DNA from: an uncultured Gemmatimonadales bacterium
GTDB lineage: Bacteria; Gemmatimonadota; Gemmatimonadetes; Gemmatimonadales; Gemmatimonadaceae
Reading direction: 5' to 3'
Assembly (NCBI GenBank): GCA_963793305.1
Contig: CAWBZV010000003.1
Location: 192,001 to 256,000, forward strand
DNA length: 64,000 nt
Shown: positions 22,322 to 33,157 of the stretch, one piece after another
How positions within the stretch are numbered: position 1 is the stretch's first letter
How the letters are laid out: each line of letters starts with the position of its first letter
The notes under the pieces: model-generated
Told to the model about the DNA's origin: nothing
Database searches by the model: none
What the model saw: the letters and a program-made list of their open reading frames with translations, nothing else
Position numbers and translations under genes: made by a program

Positions 22322-23366
22322 CTAGGGCTGCTTGACCAGGGCGATCGTGCCGGAGCCGCTGTCGATAGAGATCTGCCCAGCGCCATCCCCGATGCGCCCG
22401 GCATAGTGGGTGTCATCGTCGTCCCGCCGCCGCTCGAGGGCGAAGTCGCTCCGGACTCCGCCAGACCCGGCGTCAATGTCGACGTCGGCCCCGAACGACT
22501 TCGGGATGTGCAGGGTCACGTCGCCGGAACCCGCGTCGATCTTCACCCGGTGGGCGGGCCCGACAAAGGAGACGTTGACATCGCCACTGCCAGCGTCGAG
22601 CGACAGATCCTCGACCGTCACACCCGACACGGTGGTCTTCCCCGAGCCCAGATCGAGCTTGGCGCGGGCGTACGCGAGCGAGGTGACCTTGATGTCACCC
22701 GACCCCGCATCGACGTTCGAGCCGCTCCCCGCGCACGTTGGACAGCGTGACATCGCCGGACCCCACGTCCAGATTCATGTCACCTTGCGCATCCCGTACG
22801 ATGAGATCGCCGGACCCGGTGTCGAGGTCGAGCGCACCGTGGGTATGATCGATGGTGATCGACGCCTCGTCGACGTCCGCGAGGAGGTCGCCGTCGGTAC
22901 CGGACACGGATGCGTCGCCGGTCGCGAGATAGAGAGCGAGTCGCGCACCCGGAGGCATGTGCACGGTGAGATCCGCATGTGCTTCCAGTCCGTCGCCGCT
23001 CCCAACGATGGTGACGCGGCGCCCACGCCAACGGTGGTTGCCGTCCCACGTGCCGTCGTCATTGACTTCCAGCTCGGTCCGCCAACGGCTGCCGGTATTC
23101 GGCCGCGGATAGACGATGCGGTCACTTGGATACAGCACGCGGAAAGTCTGGCGATCGCCGACCAGGCCGGTGGCGATCGATAGCTTGTCGGCATCGCGTC
23201 CGCCGCGCGCGACGTCGATCGTGATGTCGCTCCCGGTGCCGCGAACGACGCGGATCGTGCCCGCGATATTGTAGATGGCGGCCGGAGACGGCAACGAGCG
23301 ATGGTCGACGCTCTGGGCGCGGAGCGGGAGCGCGACGGCGAGGAGGGCGAGTGATTGTTTGATCAT
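22322..23366 (-). CDS. DUF4097/putative adhesin beta-strand repeat protein, frameshift at ~22715
   Basis: Signal peptide and repeated DxGSGD motifs in both ORF halves. Confidence 0.85.
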
Positions 23367-23381
23367 CGCCCGGTTGGACAC

Positions 23382-23918
23382 CTAGGGCGCGGTTACCGTT
23401 TGAACCCGTTCCAGGGCCGTCAAAATCTCGTCGAGCGTCGTATGCCCGCGGTCGCGGGCGTACCAGGTGCGCAAGGCCTTATAGCGCTCCTCTTTGGGCA
23501 GCGCCACGCCTTCGTTCAATGCCCATTCCTGCAGCGATCCGGGACGCGGACCCCACCACCCGCGCTCCTCGTAGTTGGCGTCGAGGATGATGACGATGGG
23601 GATCGACCGGGACTTCCCGTTCGTCAGGTGCGCGTCCATGAGGTCGAGGTTCTGGTCCCGCGCCAGGATCCGGAGCGTGATGTTCGGCGCGACCTCGGTG
23701 AGCCGCGCGAGCGGGGGCAGTGTGTTCACGGCGTCACCGCACCAGTCCTCGGCCAGGGCGAGCAGGTGCCAGGGACCGCCAAGGGCCGCCGCTCGCGTCA
23801 CGATGTCGGGCGCGACCTCGGCGTGCTCGTAGATCTTTTTCCACAAGTCGGTGTTGGCCTTCGCCGCCGCGCAAAACTCGGCGAACGTCATCCCGTGATC
23901 GTAGCGGTCCTTGAGCAT
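23382..23918 (-). CDS. Thioredoxin-family protein (WCGD type)
   Basis: AEDWCGDAVNTLP, NGKSRSIP, WGPRP. Confidence 0.85.
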   Translation of the reverse strand: MLKDRYDHGMTFAEFCAAAKANTDLWKKIYEHAEVAPDIVTRAAALGGPWHLLALAEDWCGDAVNTLPPLARLTEVAPNITLRILARDQNLDLMDAHLTNGKSRSIPIVIILDANYEERGWWGPRPGSLQEWALNEGVALPKEERYKALRTWYARDRGHTTLDEILTALERVQTVTAP

Positions 23919-23920
23919 GG

Positions 23921-24367
23921 TCAGGTCTTCAAAGCTAATTGGCCCTGCACCTGGCGCCGAAATTCGAGTGGCGCGCCGATGTGGTCGAACGCCTCGTGCG
24001 TGCCGCCACTGCCCATGATGATGACGGTGCCGTAATTGAAGACGCGACCCGGGACCGTCTGCTCGACTTGTATCCCTTCGACTTTGTCGAGCATCAGCTC
24101 GATCGTGCGCCGGCGGACAGCGCCCATCGCGATGATGACCCGTTTGTTCGTCACCGCGAGCTCGGTCGCGGCACGGCGCGCCCAGACGTTCACGAAAATG
24201 AGCCCGGCGACGATAATTGCGGCCAGCACGACGAGCCACACGTGGAACACGGCGGCGACGAATGCGGCGACCGCCGGCACGATGAGCCAGAGGAACGGCA
24301 GCCGATAGAGCGTGGCCCGGTACACGACCTGTTCGCCCGGGATCAGGCTCTTGTCGACGTAGCTCAC
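23921..24367 (-). CDS. Bacterial PH-domain membrane protein
   Basis: SYVDKSLIPGEQV, ELAVTNKRVI, GRVFNYGTVII. Confidence 0.85.
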   Translation of the reverse strand: MSYVDKSLIPGEQVVYRATLYRLPFLWLIVPAVAAFVAAVFHVWLVVLAAIIVAGLIFVNVWARRAATELAVTNKRVIIAMGAVRRRTIELMLDKVEGIQVEQTVPGRVFNYGTVIIMGSGGTHEAFDHIGAPLEFRRQVQGQLALKT

Positions 24368-24915
24368 GGTGAAGGGACGACTGAACGCGGGGGTGCGCCA
24401 CGGCGTAGCGTTGCCTGACTCGCCAGCGCCTGCAAGCTGCGATGCGCCTCCTCGCGCTGCTGCGGCCATGCGCTCAATGCGCTCTCCGTCTCAGTCCCGC
24501 CGCGAATACCCGTCACGCGTTCACCGATCCAGCGGAGGGCGGCGACGGCCCGCTCCGCCAACCGGGCATCGACGCCGGGCACTTCCGTCGTGAGCTCGAC
24601 CAACTTGGCGAGTGTCTCGTCGGGCCACACGGTCATCCCGGCAACCTGCGCGCCGGTCGGCGCTTCGCTCGGGAGACCGGCGAGTGTTTTCTGCAGTTGG
24701 CCCACCAGGGCCGCCAGTGCCTCGCGGATGTTTCGCAACCGTTCTTCGCGCTCGATCGCGATCACGTCCGCCTGCTGTTGTGTCGCGGCCGCGATCCGAT
24801 TCGTGAGGCGAACGTAGCGCGTCGTGAGCACGACGAGCGCGACTGTGACACAGGCCTGGATCAGCGCGGCGACCGCGGTGACCGCGCCGGTGTTCGCGTT
24901 CAGCCATCGCAGCAG
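24364..24915 (-). CDS. Hypothetical protein with N-terminal TM helix; start uncertain (CTG 24915 or GTG 24831)
   Basis: Frame open upstream of the listed ORF: LLRWLNANTGAVTAVAALIQACVTVALVV. Confidence 0.55.
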   Translation of the reverse strand: MLRWLNANTGAVTAVAALIQACVTVALVVLTTRYVRLTNRIAAATQQQADVIAIEREERLRNIREALAALVGQLQKTLAGLPSEAPTGAQVAGMTVWPDETLAKLVELTTEVPGVDARLAERAVAALRWIGERVTGIRGGTETESALSAWPQQREEAHRSLQALASQATLRRGAPPRSVVPSP

Positions 24916-24917
24916 CC

Positions 24918-26813
24918 CTACGATGCCGCCGCCTCGGGCTCATCCAACATCTCGTCGTGATGGATGAGATCGCGGATGCGCGCGGCTTTGCCCAGGTGGA
25001 ACGGCACGGCCACCACCACGACGTTCGGCCGGAAGAGGAACGCGGTGCGAATGTACAGCGCCGTCTTGTTGTGCAGCAGGTGCTCCCACCAGTGCTTCGG
25101 CACGATCTCCGGGACGACGACACTCACGAGCTCACCCACGGTGTCGCACCGGAGCTCGTCGACGTATTTGACGAGCGGGCGAATGATCGACCGGTACGGC
25201 GACGGGACGACGACGAGATCGACGCCGATGTCCCACTGCTCCCATTCCTTCCGCACGGCCTCGGTAGACTTGGGGTCGACCTCGACATAGACCGCCCTCA
25301 CGTCGGTCGAGATGGTCGTCGCATACACGAGAGCGCCGGCGGTTGCCTTGGAGATGCCGTTGATCGGCACGACGACCACGTGCCGGAGCGGCTGGATCAC
25401 GCTCCGCCCGTCGAACTTGATCGCCTCGGCGAACTTGACGTAGTGTCGGTGGATCGCGATCAGCATGCACACGAGCGCCGGAATGATCAGCACGACGATC
25501 CAGGCGCCGGTCGTGAACTTGGTCCAGACTTGGATGATGCTGACGATACCGGTGGCCGCTGCGCCCAGGCCGTTGAGGCCGGCGCGCCACTGCCAGCCGC
25601 GCTCGCGGCACTTGAACCAGTGGACGACCATGCCCGCTTGGCTCAATGTGAAGCACACGAACACTCCCACTGCATACAATGGGATCAGTGCGTTGGTGTT
25701 CCCGCGGAATATCACGATCAGCATGATCGCCAGTGCCGCCAGCGTGACGATGCCGTTCGAGAATGCGAGCCGATCGCCGCGTGCGGCCAGCTGGCGCGGC
25801 ATGAATCGATCGTTGGCCAGGATGCTGCCCAGTCGCGGGAAGTCGGCGAACGCCGTATTCGCCGCCAGGACCAGGACCGCGAACGTCGAGTACTGCAACG
25901 CGTAGTATCCGAAGCCGTCCCCGAACACGCGATGCCCTAACTGCGACAGTACGGTTTCGCCAAGCGGGGTCACGACAAGGCCATAGTGATGCGCGAGGAC
26001 ACTGGTCCCCATAAAGAACACAGCGAGCAGGCTCACCATCCACACGAGCGTCGTCGCCGCGTTCTTCGGGGCGGGTGCCTTGAACACCATGACGCCGTTC
26101 GAGATCGCCTCGGTGCCGGTCATGGCCGAGCAGCCTTCGGAGAACGCGCGCAGCAGCAGGATCACGAACGCGAACCCGATCGGTGGCGCTACGGCCGGCG
26201 CACTCGGAGCGATCGTGGGGTGCCCGATCGATCGCAGCCCACCGGCGATGATGAGCGCGAACATCATGAAGATGAACGCGTACGTGGGCACCCGAAACGC
26301 GGCGCCGGACTCACGCACGCCGCGCAAGTTCACGACCATGAGCAGGAGCGCCGCGACGATACAGATCATGACGCGGTGCACACCGATCGTCGGGTAGGCC
26401 GAGATGATCGCGTCGACGCCGGACGCGATCGAGACGGAAACCGTGAGGATGTAATCGGTCAGCAGTGCCGCGGCGGCTACGAGGCCCGGCAAGACTCCGA
26501 GATTTTCGCGCGCGACGGTGTAGGATCCACCGCCGCCGGGATAGGCAAAGATCGTCTGCCGATACGAGAGTCCCACGAGCAGCAGCAGGCCGACAATGAC
26601 CCCGGAGATCGGCACGACGTACTGCAGCGACATCGCGCCGAGCACGGCCAGAACGATCAGGATCTGATCCGTCGCGTACGCGACCGAGGAGATCGCGTCC
26701 GACGAGAGGACAGCTAGGGCTGTAACTTTGCCGAGGCGCTCGTGCTCCAGACGTTCACTGGCCAGAGGGCGGCCAAAGAGCAGGCGCTTGAGATATGTCC
26801 CGAACGAAGCCAT
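24918..26813 (-). CDS. APC-family permease, KimA/YdaO-like K+ transporter
   Basis: LSSDAISSVAYA, YPGGGGSY, TGTEAISNG, AANTAFADFP, LIPLYAVGVF, HWWEHLLHN. Confidence 0.88.
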   Translation of the reverse strand: MASFGTYLKRLLFGRPLASERLEHERLGKVTALAVLSSDAISSVAYATDQILIVLAVLGAMSLQYVVPISGVIVGLLLLVGLSYRQTIFAYPGGGGSYTVARENLGVLPGLVAAAALLTDYILTVSVSIASGVDAIISAYPTIGVHRVMICIVAALLLMVVNLRGVRESGAAFRVPTYAFIFMMFALIIAGGLRSIGHPTIAPSAPAVAPPIGFAFVILLLRAFSEGCSAMTGTEAISNGVMVFKAPAPKNAATTLVWMVSLLAVFFMGTSVLAHHYGLVVTPLGETVLSQLGHRVFGDGFGYYALQYSTFAVLVLAANTAFADFPRLGSILANDRFMPRQLAARGDRLAFSNGIVTLAALAIMLIVIFRGNTNALIPLYAVGVFVCFTLSQAGMVVHWFKCRERGWQWRAGLNGLGAAATGIVSIIQVWTKFTTGAWIVVLIIPALVCMLIAIHRHYVKFAEAIKFDGRSVIQPLRHVVVVPINGISKATAGALVYATTISTDVRAVYVEVDPKSTEAVRKEWEQWDIGVDLVVVPSPYRSIIRPLVKYVDELRCDTVGELVSVVVPEIVPKHWWEHLLHNKTALYIRTAFLFRPNVVVVAVPFHLGKAARIRDLIHHDEMLDEPEAAAS

Positions 26814-26853
26814 CGCTATACTGAAGTATACTCGACCGTATAGACTTCGGTGT

Positions 26854-27412
26854 ATGGCGGCCTTTTATAAGGATGGCGAAAGCTACGCGCTCGATACCGA
26901 GCGCAGCGTCGTGAGGTTCGCCTTACATAACCTCGGCGTCCCGACCCTTAAAGGCACGCTGCGGCCCAAGACCGGCCTGATTATCGTCGACACAACGGCG
27001 CTGGTGCGGACGGCGGATTTCCACATCGACGCCGACAGCATCGAGGTGCATGGCCCCCATGCGGCCGGTGAGATCGTCCGGTGGTTGTTCGGTGACGAGA
27101 CAAACCCCTTGGTGACGTTTACGACCACCTGGGCCCGGCCCGTGGGGCACTCAGCGGTCGAGTTGCAGGGCACGCTGCTCCTGCACGGGCACGAGCATTC
27201 TGATCAGCTTCCGCAGCGATACCGGGAGTTGGGAGCCGCACGACTCCGGCGCGATGTGGCACAAATCGTCCGTTCACGGCGTGCTCGATCGCAACACGTG
27301 GGACGAGCGGAAAGAGATCCAGCGCGAGATCGCCACGTTGTTGCTCGGCCACGATGTGCACATTACGGCCGAGTTCTACGCCGGGCCTAGAACCAGTACC
27401 CCAGTCGGATAA
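26854..27412 (+). CDS. YceI-like protein, frameshift at ~27198
   Basis: YALDTERSVVRF and LQGTLLLHGHE; corrected tail GVLDRNTW...GHDVHITAEF. Confidence 0.7.
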
Positions 27413-29432
27413 AGAGGGCGCGCTGGCCGCCGCTCGCGCCGCCGTACTCGAATCGTACCGGACCGAACGGCGTGTCGGCGACGACGCCACCACGCGCGCC
27501 GAGCAGCCATCGTCCATCCGGCACCACACTGCCGCCAAACTGCGAATCGCCGGTCATGAGCTCGACGCACAGGCCGACCGCGCCCCAGATGGGATAACGC
27601 GATTCGATCGCGGCCAAGGCTTCCCGGTCTCCGCGATTGTTATCAAATCGTAGACCCGCAAATCCCTCGCCGAGTCCCAACGGATACGTCAGCTCCAATG
27701 GCAGATGCGTGCCGATCGCGTATTGCAGTCTCGGAGCGAGCGTGAGACGGCCGATTTTCACGGGATCCGTTGCGTCGATGTCGAACGCGCCGTAGCGCGG
27801 CGTGTACGCGAAATTACTCCTCACCAGTGATGCATCACCTGGGCTCTGGTCTCTCACGCTGATCGAGGGCCCGAGTGTGGTGACCGTGGGTTTGCCGGGA
27901 GCCGAGTACAATCGAGTGAGCAGGCCGCCGGCGATGGACCACCCAACGGGCGCATCGTTCTCGATGCCGACAACGACGGAGACATTGTTGGTCTTCGTCT
28001 CCCCGAGCACGCGCTGCGTGGGCGTGTACGACCGGATCTCGTCTTGTTGGTACGTCGCGGTGAACGCGGGCGTGATGATGCCGCCGGCGCCGCGCACGTC
28101 GATCTGCACCATTTCGCGTAGCGCACCAGCTTGTACGAACGCACCGGCGGTGAGGTCGTAGTCGGTCAACGGATGACCGTAGGTACCGAGCCAGATGCGG
28201 CCACCGACATCTTCGTCGTACGCCAAGCCGATCGCCGCCCGTCGTCTGGGCCCACGATCCACTCTGGCGTCGAACGCCACGGAGTCGCTGGTGCCCGAAG
28301 GATTGAGCCACACCGCGTCATAGCGCTCTGATTCGGTCACCCGGGACAACGCATGGGCGAGTGCCTGTTCACTGAACGAATGCCCCGGGTTGAGATCGAG
28401 CGATTGTTCGAGAACTTGCGCTTCACGACCGCGGCTGGCGGTGAGTCGCGTCAGAAAATTCGGCACTGACAGATCGAGCGGAGTGTCGGCGTGCGGGAGA
28501 CACGCCGCAATCGGACCCAGCACCCGGCTCGCGGTCCGACGACCGACCGCGATCGCGCGATCCAGATCCGCGGGCACGAACGCGAGGCTCCCGACGTTGT
28601 CGACCGGCGACAGGATGCGCACGTCGTCAGGCCCAAGCGAGTCGAGTGGTTGCTCGAACAGGAAGTCGATGAGTCGCCCGCTCACGTCGAGCGGTGAGTC
28701 CGGGTTCACCGTCGAGTCGCTGCGCGTCAGATCGGACACGATGACGCGCGTCGCGCCATCGCTCCGAGCGACGCCGACGGGAACGTTGTCCGAGATGCCA
28801 CCGTCGACCAGCACATGGCCTTGCATGTGGACGGGATTGAATACGATCGGCACGGAATAGCTCGCGCGGACCACCTCGGCGAGATCGCCGTGATCGAGCA
28901 CGACGGGTTGTCGATTGTCGAGATCCGTGGCGACGGCGATAAATGGAATCGGCATGGCATCGAAATCCCCGCGCGCGAGCAGGTCGCCTCGCAACAACAG
29001 CGAGGCGAGCAGCGCGTTGATCGTCCCTTGCCGCCGGGCGAGCGTCTCGAGCGTGAAGCCTTTGGGTCCTTGAACGAGCTCGACCACCGGATGAATGCCC
29101 GTCAGCGAAACCGGGATCCGGGGAGGTTGAGATCGTAAGAGTTGTGCGAGGTGCAGCGACCGGGCGATGGAGTCGATCTGCTTGCCGCTATACCCGCTGG
29201 CGTAGAGCGCGCCGACGATCGCGCCCATGCTGGTACCGACCACGAGGTCGGGTCGAACGTTCAGGCTGTCCAGGACCTCGAGGACGCCAATGTGCGCCAG
29301 CGCGCGCGCCCCACCGCCGGATAGCACAAGCGCAACGCGATCGTTGTCGCCCGTCGGCGGACACGACGGTTGCTGCGCCAACGCGGCGCAGGAGACCGAA
29401 AACGACCAGGCAGCGACGAGCCATCGGGCCAC
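27387..29432 (-). CDS. Patatin-like phospholipase with C-terminal outer-membrane beta-barrel (PlpD-like)
   Basis: GGGARALAHIG, GTSMG and DGG motifs; TPFGPVRFEYG...LGYWF end. Confidence 0.9.
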   Translation of the reverse strand: MARWLVAAWSFSVSCAALAQQPSCPPTGDNDRVALVLSGGGARALAHIGVLEVLDSLNVRPDLVVGTSMGAIVGALYASGYSGKQIDSIARSLHLAQLLRSQPPRIPVSLTGIHPVVELVQGPKGFTLETLARRQGTINALLASLLLRGDLLARGDFDAMPIPFIAVATDLDNRQPVVLDHGDLAEVVRASYSVPIVFNPVHMQGHVLVDGGISDNVPVGVARSDGATRVIVSDLTRSDSTVNPDSPLDVSGRLIDFLFEQPLDSLGPDDVRILSPVDNVGSLAFVPADLDRAIAVGRRTASRVLGPIAACLPHADTPLDLSVPNFLTRLTASRGREAQVLEQSLDLNPGHSFSEQALAHALSRVTESERYDAVWLNPSGTSDSVAFDARVDRGPRRRAAIGLAYDEDVGGRIWLGTYGHPLTDYDLTAGAFVQAGALREMVQIDVRGAGGIITPAFTATYQQDEIRSYTPTQRVLGETKTNNVSVVVGIENDAPVGWSIAGGLLTRLYSAPGKPTVTTLGPSISVRDQSPGDASLVRSNFAYTPRYGAFDIDATDPVKIGRLTLAPRLQYAIGTHLPLELTYPLGLGEGFAGLRFDNNRGDREALAAIESRYPIWGAVGLCVELMTGDSQFGGSVVPDGRWLLGARGGVVADTPFGPVRFEYGGASGGQRALFIRLGYWF

Positions 29433-29441
29433 GCCGCCAAT

Positions 29442-29882
29442 TTAGACCTGTAATCGATATCCGGCTTTGGAAACCGTCAGGATGTGACGCGGCTCCGAGG
29501 GGATTACCTCGAGCCGACGGCGGAGCTCGAACACGTGCGTGTCCACCGTCCGCGTACCGCGCGGATCCTGGCGGTGCCAGACCTCGGCCAGCAATTCCGC
29601 TCGCGACATGACAGCACCGCGCCGCCTGAGCAGCGCGAGCAGCAGGTCGAAGAGCTTCGGACTCAACGCGATCGGCCGATCGCCCCGATAGACGGAGCGC
29701 GTCATCGGGTCCACCACGATCTCCCCAAATTGCTCGCGACTCATAGGCATGGGAGCAATCAGCGGTCGTGTATCGCCAGCCGCGCCGAGCTCTTTGAGAA
29801 TGCGCAGGCCGTCGCGTTCGGGGACGATCACCTGGAGCGCGATCATCCGGTCATCCACGGAGACTTTTTCGGGCATCGTCAC
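29442..29882 (-). CDS. OmpR/PhoB-type winged-helix regulator without receiver domain
   Basis: LSPKLFDLLLAL, SRAELLAEVW, TRTVDTHV..LRRRLE, TVSKAGYRL. Confidence 0.8.
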   Translation of the reverse strand: MTMPEKVSVDDRMIALQVIVPERDGLRILKELGAAGDTRPLIAPMPMSREQFGEIVVDPMTRSVYRGDRPIALSPKLFDLLLALLRRRGAVMSRAELLAEVWHRQDPRGTRTVDTHVFELRRRLEVIPSEPRHILTVSKAGYRLQV

Positions 29883-30030
29883 GATTTGAGTGTACCCCGA
29901 AGTACATGCTAGAGATACGATGTGGGGACGAAGTGTGCTGTGCGCGGGGCGATCAGCGCCGCGGTCGGGACCGATGCGTAACGACCTCCGAACGATGTGC
30001 TTACTTGCATTCCCGACATGACTCTTGACG

Positions 30031-30101
30031 TTCGCCCCTGCAGAATGGCGATTCATCCCGCGCACTATGCTTGCAGTTGTACCATAGCGTACATTCGCCC
30101 C
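30031..30101 (+). promoter_or_regulatory. Candidate LytTR-type direct repeats TTCRYCCC upstream of SusC-like gene
   Basis: TTCGCCCC 30031, TTCATCCC 30052, TTCGCCCC 30094 (21 and 42 nt spacing). Confidence 0.45.
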
Positions 30102-30132
30102 TCTACTACACCCATAGGAGGAGGTTCGTGCT

Positions 30133-33100
30133 ATGAGACTACGTTTCCGTCTGTCAGTGCTGTCCGCCGTGTTGGTCGCGGCGCCAGTCGGAGCACAGCG
30201 AGGTAGCATTGTCGGGCACGTGACCGACAAGACGAGCGGCTCGCCGGTTCCGGCCGCGGAAGTGTTCATTGCCGGCACCACACGCGGCACAGTCGCGGGG
30301 TCCGACGGCCGGTATCAAATCCTGAGTCTCCCAGCCGGCGCCGCCACCGTGCGCGTGCTCCGCATCGGCTTCGAGGCACAGATCAAGAACGTGACGATCA
30401 CCGACGGCGTGACCGACACGGTGGATTTCGTGCTCGTGCCGTCCGTGGTCACACTCGACCAAGTCATCGTCAGCGCATCCGGTGAGCAACAGCGCCAACG
30501 CGAGACCGGCAACGCCGTGTCAACGATCAGTCCCGACTCGATTGCGCAACCCGCGGTCGCGGACTTCTCGGATCTGCTCAACTCGCGCGCGCCCGGCGTC
30601 TCGATCGTGCAGCAATCGGGCACGACCGGCGGCGCATCCAAGATTCGCATTCGCGGTGCGAACAGCGTCTCGTTGAGCAACGATCCGCTGCTCGTCGTCG
30701 ACGGCAACCGCGTCGACAACAGCACCAACTCGGCGTCGGGCAATCTCTTCACGGGTGGCCAGACACCGTCGCGGTTCGATGACTTGAATCCCGACGAGAT
30801 CGAAGACGTGCAGATCCTGAAAGGCCCCGCGGCCTCGGCGCTCTACGGCACCGCGGGATCGAACGGCGTCATCCTGGTCACGACGAAGCACGGCGTGCCG
30901 GGCCGTACGAGGTGGGAGTCGCACGCCGAGTACGGCTCGGTGCGAAACGCCACGACGTACCCGCCGAACTTTTTCGCCAACGGCCTCGCGCTGGATAACA
31001 GCGGCCAGCCGATCGCGGGCGACACCGTCCAGGGGTGCCAGTTGAACCAACACGGCCAGGCGGGCGGTTGCAACATCATCCCGTCGAGCGTGATCGCGTT
31101 CAGCCCCATGAACTCGCTCTCGCCGTTCATCGCGGGCTATCGCGAGAGTTACGGGATCACCGCGGCCGGCGGCAGCAACAACCTCACGTACTTCCTCGGC
31201 GCCGACGACTATAACGAGCAGGGCATCTACATCAACAACCGTCAGCGGAGAACCAACCTCCGCGGCAACTTCGGCGCGCAACTGTCGCCAGTGCTCAACG
31301 CATCCGTGAATCTGGGGTATCTGCAGAGTCGGCTCTCGCTCCCGCAGAACGACAACTCACTCTATGGCGTCATCGGCCTCGCATTGACCGGCAGCGCGTT
31401 CGACGATCCGATCTGCCACGGCTACTTCGCGTGCGTCACGCCCGCCAAGGCCAACCTGAACGACGCCGAGTCGGACGTTCGATCGCTATACCGGCAGCGG
31501 GACGATCAACTACCACCCGACCAATTGGTTCAGTGGCGTGGCGACCGGTGGCATCGATTACGGCGATCGGCTCGACGGCACCTTCACGCCCGCCGGCGTT
31601 CTTCCAGGCTCGCAGGGCGCAGGGTTGGGCGCCGCGTCGCCGGCGCCATATCAGCTCTACACGTATACCGCGAACCTGAGCGCCATCTTCAAGTTCGATC
31701 TCGGACCGTCCATTCACTCGACCACCACGTTCGGGACGCAGTACGTCGACGAGGCGCGGCGTGGCTTTCTGACCTCCGGCTCCGGCATCGTGCCGGGCAC
31801 GGGGAACCTCAATGGCGCCACCTCGGAATTCACGGCCACCGAGCAGGACACGGACATCGTGACGTTCGGCGGACTCGGCTCCCAGGAGTTCGCCTGGCGC
31901 GACAAGGTCTTCCTGACCTTGGCGGTCCGTGCCGACGAGTCGAGCGCGTTCGGCAAGCCGAATGACCTTATCTGGTACCCGGACTTCAGCGCCTCGTGGG
32001 TCGTCGGCGAGGAGCCGTGGTTCCCGAAGGTGCCTGGCATGAGCTCGTTGCGCCTCCGCGGCGCGTACGGCGAGTCTGGCCAACGCCCCGCGTTCCTGCA
32101 AGCGCAAACGTTCTACAACCCTATCGCGCAGTCACGCCTTGGCGTCAACGAAGGCGGATTGAGCGTCGGCGGCTTCGGCTTCACGAGCCTCAAGCCCGAG
32201 ATCTCACGCGAGATCGAAGGCGGATTGGACGCCGGATTCTTCAAGGATCGCATCAACGTCACGTTCACGGCCTACAACAAGACCACGAGCGACGCGCTGA
32301 TCCAGGTCCAGGAAGCGCCGGACGTCTGCGGCAACAACTTCGTCACCGTGGAGCAATGCCAGCTCTTCCAGAACCTGGGTGAGGTCAACAACAACGGGTT
32401 CGAGCTCGGGGTGAGCGGCGTCGTCGTCGACACGAAGCCATTCCGGTTCGACATGTCCGTCAATGGGTCGGAGAACAACAATAAGCTGCTCAAGCTGGGC
32501 CTGTCCGCGCCGATCTTCTTCAACGCGGCGCAGAACGGCAACGTCCAGCAATTCAGCGAGGGACATCCCCTCGGCGTGTACTACGCCATACCGTATACGT
32601 ACAACCATCATCCCGCCGGCGGCATCCTCACGCCGAACGATCTCACGCTCGGCACCAACCCGGTGTACCTCGGCAGCCCGAATCCCAAGGGTGAGTGGAC
32701 GCTGGCGCCGGAGTTCACGTTCTTCGGCATCGTCAAGGTGAACTCCACGTTCGACCGACGGTACGGCAGCCGGACTCTCAACGAGACCGAGGAGTTCCGG
32801 TGCTTCGCGTCATTCCTGTGCAGCGCGCAGTACAACCCGCACGCGACACTCCAGGCGCAGGCGGCGTACCTCGGCGCGCAAGAAGGCACGGACTTCGGCT
32901 ACATCGAGAACAACGCGTTCTGGAAGTGGCGCGAGCTCTCGGTGACGCTCATGGTCCCAGAACGATTCGTCCGCCGGACCCCGTTCTCGACGCTCAACAT
33001 CCAGCTCGCCGAGCGCAACGTGGCAACGTGGACCAAGTACTCCGGGTTTGACCCGGAGATCAACTTCATCTCCACCGGGTCGAACTTCACGACGGCGGAT

Positions 33101-33157
33101 TTCTTGACCCAGCCGCTCGTCCGGTATCTCACCATGCGCGTCAACGTCGGTCTATGA
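30133..33157 (+). CDS. SusC/RagA-family TonB-linked outer membrane protein, frameshift at ~31479
   Basis: IRIRGANSVSLSNDPLLVVDG, ILKGPAASALYGTAGSNGVILVTTK, LKPEISREIEGG; strong SD GGAGGAGG. Confidence 0.92.

Noticed and set aside
26814..26853. c-di-AMP (ydaO) riboswitch before the KimA-like gene
   Set aside because: The intergenic region is only 40 nt, too short to hold it
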